In this document: piece by piece, positions 29,721 through 40,076 of the stretch | Layout: each line of letters starts with the position of its first letter | Position numbering within the stretch: position 1 is the first letter of the stretch | Origin: an uncultured Clostridia bacterium | GTDB lineage: Bacteria; Bacillota; Clostridia; Oscillospirales; Acutalibacteraceae | Assembly (NCBI GenBank): GCA_944380875.1 | Contig: CALWJA010000055.1 | Span: forward strand, 22,991-86,990 | Reading direction: 5' to 3' | Length of the DNA: 64,000 bases | Program-made: the position numbers and the translations under genes | The notes under the pieces: generated by a model | Database searches by the model: none | Told to the model about the DNA's origin: nothing | What the model saw: only the letters and a program-made list of their open reading frames with translations

Positions 29721-31016
29721 TTAACGGTTAGCAACCATCATATCCAGGATAACTTTGTCTGTATCTGCCATTCCATCCGTACCCAGATGCCCAAGATTTC
29801 GGATGGTTTTTTCCACATCGGAAGACACAATACCGTCTAATGGTGTTGCACTGATGTTCCGAAGAGCCAGCATAGAACAACGATAAGCGCTGGCTACAGC
29901 TGTGGCTATTTTTAAAGCACAGCCTGCCTTTGCTCCATCGCAGATAATACCGGACACATCGGCAATTACATTGCGGATAGCGCAGCAAATCTGCTCCAGA
30001 GTTCCTCCCAGAAGATAGGTTACAGCGCAGCATGCACCAATAGAGGCGCCTACGCCGCAGCCGCAGAGGGGAGAAAGACGGCCTATAAAGCTTTTTACAT
30101 GGATTGTAACAAGACAGCTCATGGCAAGGCCGCGATACAGCATTTCTTCAGATAAATTCTTTCGTTCTACCAAAGCTACTACGGGGAGGGTAGCGGTAAT
30201 TCCCTGGTTTCCGCTGCCGCAGGAGGTCATAACCGGCATACGGCTGCCGGACATTCTGGCGTCGGCGGCGGCACAGGTCAGGGCAATGGCGTAATCCATA
30301 ATATCTCCCGCGTTTTCATCTAACCGCATGGATTCATAAATACTTTTGCCGACCTGCAGCCCGTAAGGACGGCTCAAGCCCTCCTGAGCGATAGTTTTAT
30401 TCAAATCCACTGCTTCTTTAAGGAAACAGAGCTCTTTCCAATCCACCGTATTTACGAATTCGTAGATACCGTCTACTGTGATAAGGGAACCTCTGCCGGC
30501 GGCAGCCGCAGCTTCCTCCGAAGGCTTTTCAAAAAGCGTTTTTCCGTTTTTCAGGATATATGTAATGTTTGTATGCATATCCTCGATGACGGTTTGCGCT
30601 TCTCCGGAAGGGCCGTAAACTGTAACACGGATAAAGAATTTTTTGTCGGTAGGCTCCAAAGCAACCTCTACGCCTTTTTCCTCTACCATCTTTTTAGCAT
30701 CGGCCACAGTTTTCTCCGTGATGGAATGGAGAACTTCCAGGGAGGCGTTTGGATCGCCGCCCAGGGCCCCCAGAGCGGATGCGATCTCGAGGCCAACCAT
30801 ATCGGTTCCCGGAATACCTACTCCCATGGCGTTTTTCAGGATGTTCCGGCTTACCTGCACAAAAATGCGGGAAGGACTCTCTCCCAATGCTTCCCGCGCT
30901 TTAGCTGATGCATAGGCGATTGCAATGGGCTCGGTACATCCCAAAGCGGGGGCGATTTCCTCTTTCAGGAGGGAAATATACAACTCTTGGTTCATAATAA
31001 AAATGTACTCCTTCAT
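29721..31016 (-). CDS. UPF0597 / serine-dehydratase-like family protein (L-cysteine desulfidase CyuA/YhaM-like)
   Basis: About 430 aa. 'LGCTEPIAIAYA' motif of the serine-dehydratase-alpha-like family. Start ambiguous (MKEYIF or MNQELY); the track ORF begins with an upstream TTG. Confidence 0.6.
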   Translation of the reverse strand: MKEYIFIMNQELYISLLKEEIAPALGCTEPIAIAYASAKAREALGESPSRIFVQVSRNILKNAMGVGIPGTDMVGLEIASALGALGGDPNASLEVLHSITEKTVADAKKMVEEKGVEVALEPTDKKFFIRVTVYGPSGEAQTVIEDMHTNITYILKNGKTLFEKPSEEAAAAAGRGSLITVDGIYEFVNTVDWKELCFLKEAVDLNKTIAQEGLSRPYGLQVGKSIYESMRLDENAGDIMDYAIALTCAAADARMSGSRMPVMTSCGSGNQGITATLPVVALVERKNLSEEMLYRGLAMSCLVTIHVKSFIGRLSPLCGCGVGASIGACCAVTYLLGGTLEQICCAIRNVIADVSGIICDGAKAGCALKIATAVASAYRCSMLALRNISATPLDGIVSSDVEKTIRNLGHLGTDGMADTDKVILDMMVANR

Positions 31017-31285
31017 TTGGTATTCCAGGATACAAAAGTGCAAATATTTGAAACATTGTTTCTGATATTGTCTGTAATCATATTAGAACATGTAAAAGAG
31101 AAAGTCAATAGGCAAATTTCATTATTTATGTATTTTTTGATATGTTGGCTGATAAAAAGAAAGGTTACAATTTTGATGCATAGTTTTCCTTGCCAATTGG
31201 AGAGGAAATGTTATAATGAAAACAGATATAATTTTCCGGTTTAATATACCGGAAAGAATTTGCATGAATAAAGGAGGAGTTATGT

Positions 31286-32716
31286 ATGCCACCTGAGTTG
31301 TTTCCCATTTTGATTGTCGTTGCGGTAGTTGTTTTCATTCTGGTTCTGTTTGGAATTGGGTATGTAAAGGCACCGCCGGATACCGCCTATATTATATCGG
31401 GTCTTCATAAGAATCCCAAGATCTTGGTGGGGCGTGCCGGCGTGCGGATTCCTTTTTTTGAAAGGCTGGACCGCCTTCCTCTAAATATTATTCCCATTGA
31501 TATCAAGACCCAGGAAAGTGTGCCTACAAAGGAATTTATCAATATCCGTGTGGATGGGGTTGCCAATGTTAAAATTTCCTCTGACGGCGATTCCCTGGCG
31601 CGGGCGGCGCAGTCCCTTTTAGGAAAAAATTTCGCTGAACTGCAGATGCTGGCACAGCAGGTTCTCGAAGGCAATATGCGGGAAATTGTGGGGCAGATGC
31701 GTCTGGAGGATTTGGTGCATGACCGGGCGGCTTTTGCTCTTAAAGTGCAGGAGAATGCAGCGCCCGACATCGAAAAGATGGGAATGGAGATTGTAAACCT
31801 CAATATCCAGAACTTTGTGGACGAAAATCATACCATTGAAAATCTGGGTATGGATAATGTGGTGCAGATCCAGAAATCCGCGGCTATTGCAAAGGCCCAA
31901 GGGCAGAAGGATATTCAGATTGCCGAGGCGGAAGCCAAAGAGGCTGCAAACCAGGCGCGAATCAGCGCGGAGGAAAAAATAGCGGCGCAGAATACCAGCC
32001 TGGCGATCAAACAGGCAGAGCTCAAACAGCAGGCTGATACGAAACTGGCTGTTTCCGATGCGGCTTACCGTATTCAGGAACAGGAGCAGAGAAAGACTAT
32101 TGAAATCACATCCGCCAACGCAGATATTGCCCGAAAGGAAAAAGAAGCGGAGCTCGCTGAAAAGGAAATCGCGTTGCAGGAAAAGAAGCTGGATGCGGAA
32201 GTCCGTAAGCAGGCGGATGCAGAGCGTTACCGTGTGGAACAGCAGGCAGCGGCAGAACTGGCTAAGCGCAAGAGAGACGCGGAAGCGGATCGCTATGAGC
32301 GCGAGCAGGAAGCCGATGCACAGAAGGCTGTGGCGGATGCGGCCCTGTATTCCAAGCAAAAGGAAGCGGAAGGCATTCGGATGGTAGGCCTTGCAGAAGC
32401 AGAAGCCATCGAAAAGAAAGCGGAAGCTATGCGGAAAATGGGCGAAGCTTCCTATTTGGATATGTATCTGAAAGTATTGCCGGATATTGTAAAGAATGCG
32501 GCTTTGCCTTTGGCGCAGACAGATAAGATCGTCATGTATGGAGACGGCAATTCCGCTAAATTGGTGAAGGATGTAATGGCTACATCCAATCAGGTTGTGG
32601 ATGGTTTGCGGGAGGCTACCGGCATCGATTTGAACTCCCTTCTGGCCGGTGTAATGGTTGGAAGGCAGACACCGCCCCCACCCCCGCAGAGCGTGGAGCC
32701 GCCGGCAGAGCAGTAA
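31286..32716 (+). CDS. Flotillin-family SPFH/band-7 protein (YqiK/FloA-like)
   Basis: 476 aa. N-terminal TM anchor, SPFH domain, long Ala/Glu/Lys/Gln-rich coiled-coil flotillin region, Pro-rich C-terminal tail. Strong AAAGGAGGAG RBS. Confidence 0.85.
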   Translation: MPPELFPILIVVAVVVFILVLFGIGYVKAPPDTAYIISGLHKNPKILVGRAGVRIPFFERLDRLPLNIIPIDIKTQESVPTKEFINIRVDGVANVKISSDGDSLARAAQSLLGKNFAELQMLAQQVLEGNMREIVGQMRLEDLVHDRAAFALKVQENAAPDIEKMGMEIVNLNIQNFVDENHTIENLGMDNVVQIQKSAAIAKAQGQKDIQIAEAEAKEAANQARISAEEKIAAQNTSLAIKQAELKQQADTKLAVSDAAYRIQEQEQRKTIEITSANADIARKEKEAELAEKEIALQEKKLDAEVRKQADAERYRVEQQAAAELAKRKRDAEADRYEREQEADAQKAVADAALYSKQKEAEGIRMVGLAEAEAIEKKAEAMRKMGEASYLDMYLKVLPDIVKNAALPLAQTDKIVMYGDGNSAKLVKDVMATSNQVVDGLREATGIDLNSLLAGVMVGRQTPPPPPQSVEPPAEQ

Positions 32717-32780
32717 TACTGTTATAAGGCGCAAAAATTGCATAGCGGCTCAAGGGAGAATGTATGCCGCTAATGTGGGA

Positions 32781-32822
32781 ACCGTCTGGTTTGCTTTTGT
32801 AAAACCAGACGGTTTCTTTTTT
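32781..32822 (+). terminator. Rho-independent terminator after flotillin gene
   Basis: Hairpin 'accgtctggttt...aaaccagacggt' followed by 'ttcttttttat'. Confidence 0.6.
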
Positions 32823-33079
32823 ATAGTTTAGACTCTATACAGAAAAAAGAAAATCGGTTTACACCCTGAAAATAGAATGCAATATATAGGTTTTCGTCTG
32901 ATGCAGTGAAAAACTGTTAAAATACTGTTTACGGAAAAAGAGAAAAATGCTATGATAGTATTCGGAAAACAGTTCTGAGTTTATAGTTTTTTTGGATTCT
33001 CCAATAGAACCAGCGAAAACGGCAGAATGGGATTCCGTATATTATTTTAGGATGCAGCAAAAAGAGGAGGCTGACGCCA

Positions 33080-34381
33080 ATGGAACACTATTACCAGCCG
33101 GAAATTGAATGCGCTTCCCGTGAACAGATCCGGGCATGGCAGGATGAAAGGCTTGTAAAACAGGTTAAACATGTATATGATAATGTTCCCTATTACAGGA
33201 ACTTGATGGAAAAAAAGGGAGTAAAGCCGGAAGATATCCGCTCTGTGGATGATCTTCATAAGCTGCCATTCCTTACAAAAGACGACTTGCGAGACGCGTA
33301 TCCGTATGGCCTTTTGGCCACTTCTTTGGAAAATTGTGTCCGTATTCAATCCACCAGCGGCACTACTGGTAGGCGCGTAGTGGCATTTTATACCCAGCAT
33401 GATCTGGATCTTTGGGATGATTGCTGCGCCAGAGCGATTGTAGCTGCGGGCGGAACCAAGGACGATGTAGTGCATGTCAGTTATGGATTTGGTCTTTTTA
33501 CCGGTGGTGCGGGGCTCAATGGCGGTTCCCATAAGCTTGGATCTTTGACTCTTCCCATGTCTTCCGGTAATACAGATCGGCAGATCCAGTTTATGTGCGA
33601 TCTTGGCTCTACGATTCTTTGCTGTACGCCTTCTTATGCTGCATATTTAGCAGAATGTATTTGTGAGCGGGGATTGCAAGACCAGATTAAACTAAAAGCG
33701 GGTATTTTTGGCGCGGAAGCTTGGAGCGAGGAAATGCGTCAGGATATTCAGAACAAACTGGGTATTAAGGCCTATGATATTTATGGGCTCACCGAAATTT
33801 CCGGCCCTGGTGTTGCTTTTGAGTGCAGCTCGCAGACGGGCATGCATATCAATGAGGATCATTTTATTGCCGAAATCATCGATCCTGATACGGGCGAAGT
33901 GCTCCCCGAGGGAGAAAAGGGCGAGCTGGTTTTCACCAGTATTACAAAAGAGGCGTTTCCTCTTCTTCGCTATCGCACCAAGGATATCTGTGTCTTGACC
34001 CGGGAAAAATGCTCCTGCGGCAGAACGCATGTTAAAATGTGCAAACCTATGGGACGCAGCGACGATATGCTGATTGTAAAGGGCGTAAATGTATTCCCCT
34101 CGCAGATCGAGACCGTTTTGCTCAACAAGGGATATCCCGCCAATTATCAGATCCTTGTAGATCGCGTCAACAACAGCGATACACTGGATGTGGAAGTGGA
34201 GATGACTCCCGAAATGTTCTCCGACAGCGTCACGGCTGTATCCACGCGGGAAAAAGAGTTGGTGGACGCACTCAAATCTATGTTGGGTATATACGCCAAG
34301 GTTACGCTTGTTGCGCCTAAAACCATTGCCAGAAGTGAGGGCAAGGCTGTTCGAATTATTGATAAGCGCAAGCTGTATTAA
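33080..34381 (+). CDS. Phenylacetate--CoA ligase family protein (PaaK-like aryl-acid CoA ligase)
   Basis: 433 aa. AMP-binding 'TSGTTG' P-loop, and the PaaK-type N- and C-terminal domains ('YYRNLMEKKGVKPEDI'). Confidence 0.85.
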   Translation: MEHYYQPEIECASREQIRAWQDERLVKQVKHVYDNVPYYRNLMEKKGVKPEDIRSVDDLHKLPFLTKDDLRDAYPYGLLATSLENCVRIQSTSGTTGRRVVAFYTQHDLDLWDDCCARAIVAAGGTKDDVVHVSYGFGLFTGGAGLNGGSHKLGSLTLPMSSGNTDRQIQFMCDLGSTILCCTPSYAAYLAECICERGLQDQIKLKAGIFGAEAWSEEMRQDIQNKLGIKAYDIYGLTEISGPGVAFECSSQTGMHINEDHFIAEIIDPDTGEVLPEGEKGELVFTSITKEAFPLLRYRTKDICVLTREKCSCGRTHVKMCKPMGRSDDMLIVKGVNVFPSQIETVLLNKGYPANYQILVDRVNNSDTLDVEVEMTPEMFSDSVTAVSTREKELVDALKSMLGIYAKVTLVAPKTIARSEGKAVRIIDKRKLY

Positions 34382-34437
34382 TCGAGCCTAAAAATAGCTG
34401 TGTTAGAAAAATCATTACATATAAAGGAGGAATAAGC

Positions 34438-34869
34438 ATGACTGTTAAGCAAATTTCCGTTTTTTTGGAAAATAAGCCGGGGCGTCTTTATGAGCTTACA
34501 AAGGTTCTGCGGGAAAATAAGATCGATATGCGAGCCCTTTCCATTGCTGAAACCCCTGATTTTGGTATTTTGCGCCTGATTGTGGACGATTCTTATAAAA
34601 CCGCCTGTGTGCTGAAGGATGCTGGCTATATTTGCTCCATTACCCCTGTTTTGGCTGCAGAGGTGGCGGATGAAGCCGGTGGTTTGGAAAAAATTCTGAA
34701 TATCCTGGGGGAGAACGACATCAATCTGGAGTATACCTATGCCTTCATCACCCGGAAAAAGGGTACGGCGTATATGGTGTTCCGTGTGCAGGATAACGAT
34801 AAAGCTATTGAGATTCTTTCAAAAAATCATGTGCATCTTGTTTGTCAAGACGCATTTTCGGAGCTGTAA
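34438..34869 (+). CDS. ACT domain-containing protein (partner of PaaK-like ligase)
   Basis: 143 aa. Tandem ACT-like beta-alpha-beta-beta-alpha-beta pattern. Conserved pairing with PaaK-like genes in Clostridia. Confidence 0.65.
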   Translation: MTVKQISVFLENKPGRLYELTKVLRENKIDMRALSIAETPDFGILRLIVDDSYKTACVLKDAGYICSITPVLAAEVADEAGGLEKILNILGENDINLEYTYAFITRKKGTAYMVFRVQDNDKAIEILSKNHVHLVCQDAFSEL

Positions 34870-35170
34870 GAGATTCGCTTTGTTTTAGAATGCTTTTTCA
34901 GGTCTTTAAATGAAAAGCATAATTTTCTATCTTTTCTTAAAGAGAAAAGCAGGGAGGGGCTCGGTAATTTGCCCTTCCCTGCTTGTGCGTTTGATTCCTT
35001 TGTATATTCTTAGGAATGCAAATTATTGGATATGACTAAAATTTTTGTATATAGAGGGAATCCCTTGCAAAGCGACAGAAATTGTGACATAATTAGATAA
35101 CTGTTTCGCTTGGAAGCAAGCGGAAAATCAGGTGTCGGGTCTGAGCTCGGCGAAAATTAGGAGGATAAGT

Positions 35171-36511
35171 ATGGAGAAAACGAGAAGCAGCTTTACAGGG
35201 AAACTGGGTTTTGTCCTGGCGGCTGCGGGTTCTGCGGTTGGTTTGGGAAATCTTTGGCGATTCCCGTATCTGGCTGCCAAATATGGCGGCGGTATTTTCC
35301 TTTTGGTGTATCTTGTATTGGTGGTAACCTTTGGTTTTGCCCTTATGGCGGGCGAGATTGCCTTGGGCCGGAAAACAGGCCTGAGCGCAATAGGCGCTTT
35401 CCAGAAATTAAATAAAAAGTGGAAATTCCTGGGAATTCTCACCTCCCTGGTTCCCATTATTATTTTGCCTTATTACAGCGTAATCGGCGGCTGGGTCATG
35501 AAATATTTTTCCGTGTTTATCACGGGGCAGATGGGCGCCGCCGCTGGGGATACATATTTTGAGGATTATATCGCCCAGGTAGCGCAGCCTTTGGGATGGT
35601 TTTTCCTGTTTATGGGCATTACAGCGGTCATTGTATTTTTCGGTGTGGAAAAAGGCGTGGAAAAAGCCAGCCGGATTATGATGCCTGCGCTGGTTGTTCT
35701 CACAATTGGCGTAACGGCTTTTGTGCTTTTCCAGCCTGGCGCTATGGAGGGCGTAGCGTATTATTTTACGCCTGATTTCAGCAAATTCAGTTCGGAAACC
35801 GTTTTGGCTGCGTTGGGCCAGCTTTTCTATTCCATGTCTCTGGCTATGGGCATTATGATTACCTATGGCTCCTATATGAAAAAGGACGTAGATCTGGAAA
35901 AATCTGTTAAACAGATCGAAATTTTTGATACAGGCTTTGCTTTCCTGGCAGGTCTTATGATCATTCCCGCTGTTACTATTTTCGGGGATCTTTCCAAAAT
36001 GAATACAGGCCCCGGGCTGATGTTTGTAACCCTGCCCGGCGTATTCAACAAGATGGGAAATGTGATTGGTCCTATCGTGGGCGCTCTCTTCTTCCTTCTA
36101 GTGTTTTTTGCAGCGCTGACTTCTTCCATTTCGCTGATGGAGACCGTGGTTTCCATTTTGCAGGATAAGCTCAAATGGAACCGTCATCTTACCTGCATTG
36201 TAGTGGCTGTTGGTTCTTTCCTCATCGGTGTTCCCAGTTCTCTTGGTATGGGCGTTTGGTCTCACGTTACCATTTTCGGTATGGCGTTCCTGGATTTCTT
36301 CGATTACATCAGCAACAGCGTTATGATGCCAATCGTAGCTTTCCTTACCTGCATTTTCATTGGCTGGGTCATCAAGCCCAAAACCCTGTCGGATGAAATC
36401 AAACTTTCGTCTCCCTTTAAAAGAGAGAAAATCTTTACAGTTGTTATCAAATATATAGCTCCTATCTGTATTGTGGCTATTTTGATTAGCTCTGTCTTCC
36501 ATTTGGTATAA
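35171..36511 (+). CDS. Sodium-dependent transporter, neurotransmitter:sodium symporter (NSS/SNF) family
   Basis: 'GLGNLWRFPYLAAKYGGG' NSS signature, 11-12 TM segments. Start at MEKTRSS after AGGAGG RBS (the track ORF is extended 13 codons upstream). Confidence 0.85.
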   Translation: MEKTRSSFTGKLGFVLAAAGSAVGLGNLWRFPYLAAKYGGGIFLLVYLVLVVTFGFALMAGEIALGRKTGLSAIGAFQKLNKKWKFLGILTSLVPIIILPYYSVIGGWVMKYFSVFITGQMGAAAGDTYFEDYIAQVAQPLGWFFLFMGITAVIVFFGVEKGVEKASRIMMPALVVLTIGVTAFVLFQPGAMEGVAYYFTPDFSKFSSETVLAALGQLFYSMSLAMGIMITYGSYMKKDVDLEKSVKQIEIFDTGFAFLAGLMIIPAVTIFGDLSKMNTGPGLMFVTLPGVFNKMGNVIGPIVGALFFLLVFFAALTSSISLMETVVSILQDKLKWNRHLTCIVVAVGSFLIGVPSSLGMGVWSHVTIFGMAFLDFFDYISNSVMMPIVAFLTCIFIGWVIKPKTLSDEIKLSSPFKREKIFTVVIKYIAPICIVAILISSVFHLV

Positions 36512-36542
36512 TCGTATCCGGCAGAGTTTGCTTGGACATATA

Positions 36543-36576
36543 AAACCCCCTGGATTTTCAAAATCCAGGGGGTTTT
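36543..36576. terminator. Bidirectional terminator between NSS transporter and lipoprotein genes
   Basis: Perfect palindrome 'aaaaccccctggattttcaaaatccagggggtttt'. Confidence 0.6.
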
Positions 36577-36626
36577 GCATACGGAAATATTTAGATGTTC
36601 CATCAGAACCTAAACGCGAGGGAAAA

Positions 36627-37283
36627 TCATTCTTCCCCTTCATCCTGGGCCTGTATGACGCCTTCCACTATCTCTATATATTCCTCCATAGGCAAAACGG
36701 TGGAGTCGTATGGATTCTGGGAAGATACAGCGCTGGAACTCGGCGGCTCCGAGGAGTAAGGGTTTGGAGCAAGGAGTTCTTCTTCATCCAGGAAAATATT
36801 GAATACACTTACATTTCCATCCTCATCCTCAACGAAAGGATCTCTGCCCAAATCGTTCTTCATTTCGTTGATAAAAACCAGGATGGTATCTCCTACTTCC
36901 GCGTTTTTAACCCCTCTATATTCATACACAACACCGTTGGGCGCTTCACCACCCAGTTCCCAATAGACCACGGTGTCGCCTTCTTGGCAGTTTCGCAAGC
37001 CTTTTTTTACCCGGACGCTTACATCTTTGCCGTAATCATAGTCGGTAGCATATTCCGGGTTGGTGACGGGTCCCTTTTCTATCACTTCCCCGTAGGCTAT
37101 GATCTCACTTTTTCTTACAATATCACCCAGAGACAGTTGGGCATATTCAACTTCGATCACGGCATGCTGTTTTTCCTTTTTTTCTTGGGAACAGGCACAG
37201 AAGGAGAGGAGCAAAAGGAAAGACAAGCACAAAGGAAATAGTTTCAGCGGCTTTTTCCAACATTTTTGTTTCATTCCAATCAC
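36627..37283 (-). CDS. Hypothetical lipoprotein with acidic C-terminal tail
   Basis: 218 aa. Signal peptide and lipobox ('LLLSFCAC'). No recognisable catalytic motifs. Ser/Pro-rich and Asp/Glu-rich C-terminus. Confidence 0.5.
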   Translation of the reverse strand: MIGMKQKCWKKPLKLFPLCLSFLLLLSFCACSQEKKEKQHAVIEVEYAQLSLGDIVRKSEIIAYGEVIEKGPVTNPEYATDYDYGKDVSVRVKKGLRNCQEGDTVVYWELGGEAPNGVVYEYRGVKNAEVGDTILVFINEMKNDLGRDPFVEDEDGNVSVFNIFLDEEELLAPNPYSSEPPSSSAVSSQNPYDSTVLPMEEYIEIVEGVIQAQDEGEE

Positions 37284-37562
37284 CTCACAAATACAGCGTT
37301 TGATAAGAGACCGATTGCATAAATGGGGCGCCTTTCATATGGAGCCTTAAAAGACAGTACTGGAAACAGAGCCCCTTTACATTTATAGTATACAATTTTT
37401 TGGCATAATAAAATTATTTTTATGAAAATAAAGTAGAAAAATCTATATATTTTAGAAAATCCATATAATTTATTTTCACGCCTATGTATGGAACTGCTAT
37501 GCTATATGCCTACTAGAAAATTTGTAATTATAGGGATCTGTTTCTCAAAATGTTTTGGTATA

Positions 37563-37598
37563 AAAACATGCCGCCGGAAGTTTCCGGCGGCATGTTTG
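37563..37598 (-). terminator. Rho-independent terminator after ppa
   Basis: Hairpin 'catgccgccggaagtttccggcggcatg' with T-run on the minus strand. Confidence 0.6.
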
Positions 37599-37638
37599 CC
37601 ATATAAGAGAATATATGAGGCGGGTTCCCCCTGTTGTT

Positions 37639-38190
37639 TTATACAGAAGAGGGCTTTCCGAAAGCTTGGTTGTAATTTTCTATACAGGCTTCGATAATGC
37701 GGACAGCTTCCGCCGCGCCCTGCACGTCGTCCACAACGGTGGTTTTTCCTTCCAGCTCCTTGTAGACACTGAAAAAGTGCTGCATTTCCTCAAAAATATG
37801 TTTGGGAAGCTGATCGATATCCGCGTATCCGTTATATGTGGGGTCACTGTAGGGGATGCCTATGATTTTTTCATCCCGTTTCCCGCCGTCCATCATGGTG
37901 ATTACACCGATGGGATAGGTACGGACCAATGTAAGGGGCTGGATTTCCTCAGAACACAGGAGAAGCACATCCAGAGGGTCACCGTCATCCGCATAGGTGC
38001 GGGGGATGAAGCCGTAATTGGCAGGATAATGGGTGGAGGTATACAAGATCCGATCCAGGATGAGAAGCCCCGTTTGCTTATCCAGTTCGTATTTCTTTTT
38101 GCTTCCTTTGGGAATCTCAATTACAGAAATAAAATCTGTGGGATAGATTCGTTTTGGGTCAATGTCGTGCCAGATATTGGAAATAGCCAA
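37639..38190 (-). CDS. ppa: Inorganic pyrophosphatase (family I)
   Basis: 183 aa. 'EIPKGSKKKYELDK' and 'DGDPLDVLLL' motifs of soluble family I PPase. Confidence 0.9.
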   Translation of the reverse strand: MAISNIWHDIDPKRIYPTDFISVIEIPKGSKKKYELDKQTGLLILDRILYTSTHYPANYGFIPRTYADDGDPLDVLLLCSEEIQPLTLVRTYPIGVITMMDGGKRDEKIIGIPYSDPTYNGYADIDQLPKHIFEEMQHFFSVYKELEGKTTVVDDVQGAAEAVRIIEACIENYNQAFGKPSSV

Positions 38191-38366
38191 TTTCAGCTCC
38201 CCTTTCTAACCATTGCTTTTATGTTTACGCTGTATGCCGTGAAACTCTTGCCCATATATAGAGGAATGAGATCCACGGCATTTTGCTGTTCAATACTATA
38301 ATAGTACACCTTTTAGGATTCCAGGTCAAAACATTTGCCAAAAAAGGATGTCTTTAGGAAGCAAAA

Positions 38367-40007
38367 TTACAGGGAGCCGGTTTCACAGACGGCCGCACGC
38401 ACTGATAAAACAGCGGCAGGGGAGACGGAAAGCTCATCCACACCCATGGCGAGAAATTCCGCGGTAAGGGAAGTGTCGGAAGCAAGTTCCCCGCAAATTC
38501 CCACCCATTTTCCTTTCCTGTGGGCGTTTTGGCAGGTGAGGCGGATCAGGCGCATAACGGCCTCGTGATACGGATCACAGAGTGCGGAGACAGTTCTATT
38601 TTGCCGGTCTGCGGCCAAAGTGTATTGAATCAAATCGTTGGTTCCGATACTGAAAAAATCCACTTCCTCCGCCAGACAGTCGCTGATAATCGCGGCCGCC
38701 GGAGTTTCAATCATAATGCCCAGAGGAGTCTCCTTGCGAAATGGCAGATTTTGGGCAGCAAGTTCCTTTTGCACATCCAGGGTGATTTTTCGGATTTGCC
38801 GGACTTCCTCCAGGGAAATAATCATGGGAAACATAATGGCGATATTCCCAAAGGCAGAAGCTCTATAAAGGGCACGGAGCTGTGTGCGGAAAATATCGGG
38901 TCTTTGAAAGCAAAGCCGGATAGCGCGCATGCCCAGGGCCGGGTTTTCCTCTTTTGGAAGGTGGAAATATTCCGCCTGCTTGTCGGCGCCAATATCCAGG
39001 GTGCGGATGATAACCTGTTTTCCTTTCAGGGCTTCCGCAGCCTTGCGGTAAACCTGGAACTGTTCCTCCTCGGAAGGCGGGGCCTGCCGTTCCAGATACA
39101 GAAATTCACTGCGGAAAAGGCCGATACCTTCGGCGTCATTTTCCAATGCTAAATCCAAATCCCGAATTCCCCCAATGTTGGCGCAGATATGGATTTTTCG
39201 CCCGTCTTTTGTGATGCTCTCCCTGCCTCGATAGGCTTCCAGATGCTGTTTTTGCTCCTTTTCTTTTTCTTGCTTAGACAGAAGGGAGGACCGGGTCTGT
39301 GAATCCGGATCCATAAACACCTGGCCGGATTCGCCGTCTACGATACAGGATTTTCCTTCCAGAAGAGGATCCAACTCTTCCCCAAGGCCAATGACTGCCG
39401 GAATACCCATTGTACGGGCGAAAATAGCCGTATGGGAATTTCGGGAGCCTTCCCGGGTAAGCAGAGCGCAAATGTGAGAAGTATCCAGCCGGGCGGTTTC
39501 GCTGGGGGTAAAGTCGTCGTCTGCCAGAATGATCTTTTCTCCGTCGTTTCCGGCGGGCATGGATTCTATGACATCTTTTCCCTGGAGAATTCGCAAAAGG
39601 CGGTAGGAAATATCCCGCACATCCCCGGCCCGCCCTTGCATATACTCGTCTTCCATAGAAGAAAACAGCAGGGAAAATTGTTCCGCAGCGGTTTCCACTG
39701 CGTATTCTGCACTGAAGTGCTCCTTTTCTATTTTTTCCAGGATGCAGTCGTTAAAATCGGGGTCCTCCAGCATCATCCGATGGATTTCAAAAACCTGCGC
39801 GTTTTCTTCTCCCAATTTTTTCGTCGTTTCTGCATGCAGGCGGAGGAGTTCAGCCAGAGCCTTCTGGCGGGCGTTCTCATAGAGGTCTATTTCTTGCTGC
39901 CAATTTTGGAGGATCTTTTTTTCCGCTTGGGGCTGGCTATTACGGGAAAAACGGATAGTCCCGAAAGCAATTCCCGCCGATACGCCTTCTCCCTGAAGTT
40001 TTACCAT
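38367..40007 (-). CDS. ptsI: Phosphoenolpyruvate--protein phosphotransferase (PTS Enzyme I)
   Basis: 546 aa. N-terminal HPr-binding domain, phosphohistidine domain ('GSRNSHTAIFARTMGIPAV') and C-terminal PEP-utilising TIM barrel. Confidence 0.9.
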   Translation of the reverse strand: MVKLQGEGVSAGIAFGTIRFSRNSQPQAEKKILQNWQQEIDLYENARQKALAELLRLHAETTKKLGEENAQVFEIHRMMLEDPDFNDCILEKIEKEHFSAEYAVETAAEQFSLLFSSMEDEYMQGRAGDVRDISYRLLRILQGKDVIESMPAGNDGEKIILADDDFTPSETARLDTSHICALLTREGSRNSHTAIFARTMGIPAVIGLGEELDPLLEGKSCIVDGESGQVFMDPDSQTRSSLLSKQEKEKEQKQHLEAYRGRESITKDGRKIHICANIGGIRDLDLALENDAEGIGLFRSEFLYLERQAPPSEEEQFQVYRKAAEALKGKQVIIRTLDIGADKQAEYFHLPKEENPALGMRAIRLCFQRPDIFRTQLRALYRASAFGNIAIMFPMIISLEEVRQIRKITLDVQKELAAQNLPFRKETPLGIMIETPAAAIISDCLAEEVDFFSIGTNDLIQYTLAADRQNRTVSALCDPYHEAVMRLIRLTCQNAHRKGKWVGICGELASDTSLTAEFLAMGVDELSVSPAAVLSVRAAVCETGSL

Positions 40008-40076
40008 AAAATCCCAGCTTTCCGGTGGATTGTGTGTATTCTATATCTGTGCGCCGGCACATTCTGCGAAAATGTT

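Noticed and set aside
30987-31244. 85-codon ORF between the divergent cyuA-like and flotillin genes; considered as a possible NfeD-like partner of flotillin.
   Set aside because: No TM or NfeD OB-fold pattern, no RBS, and AT-rich promoter context, so it is a spurious ORF.
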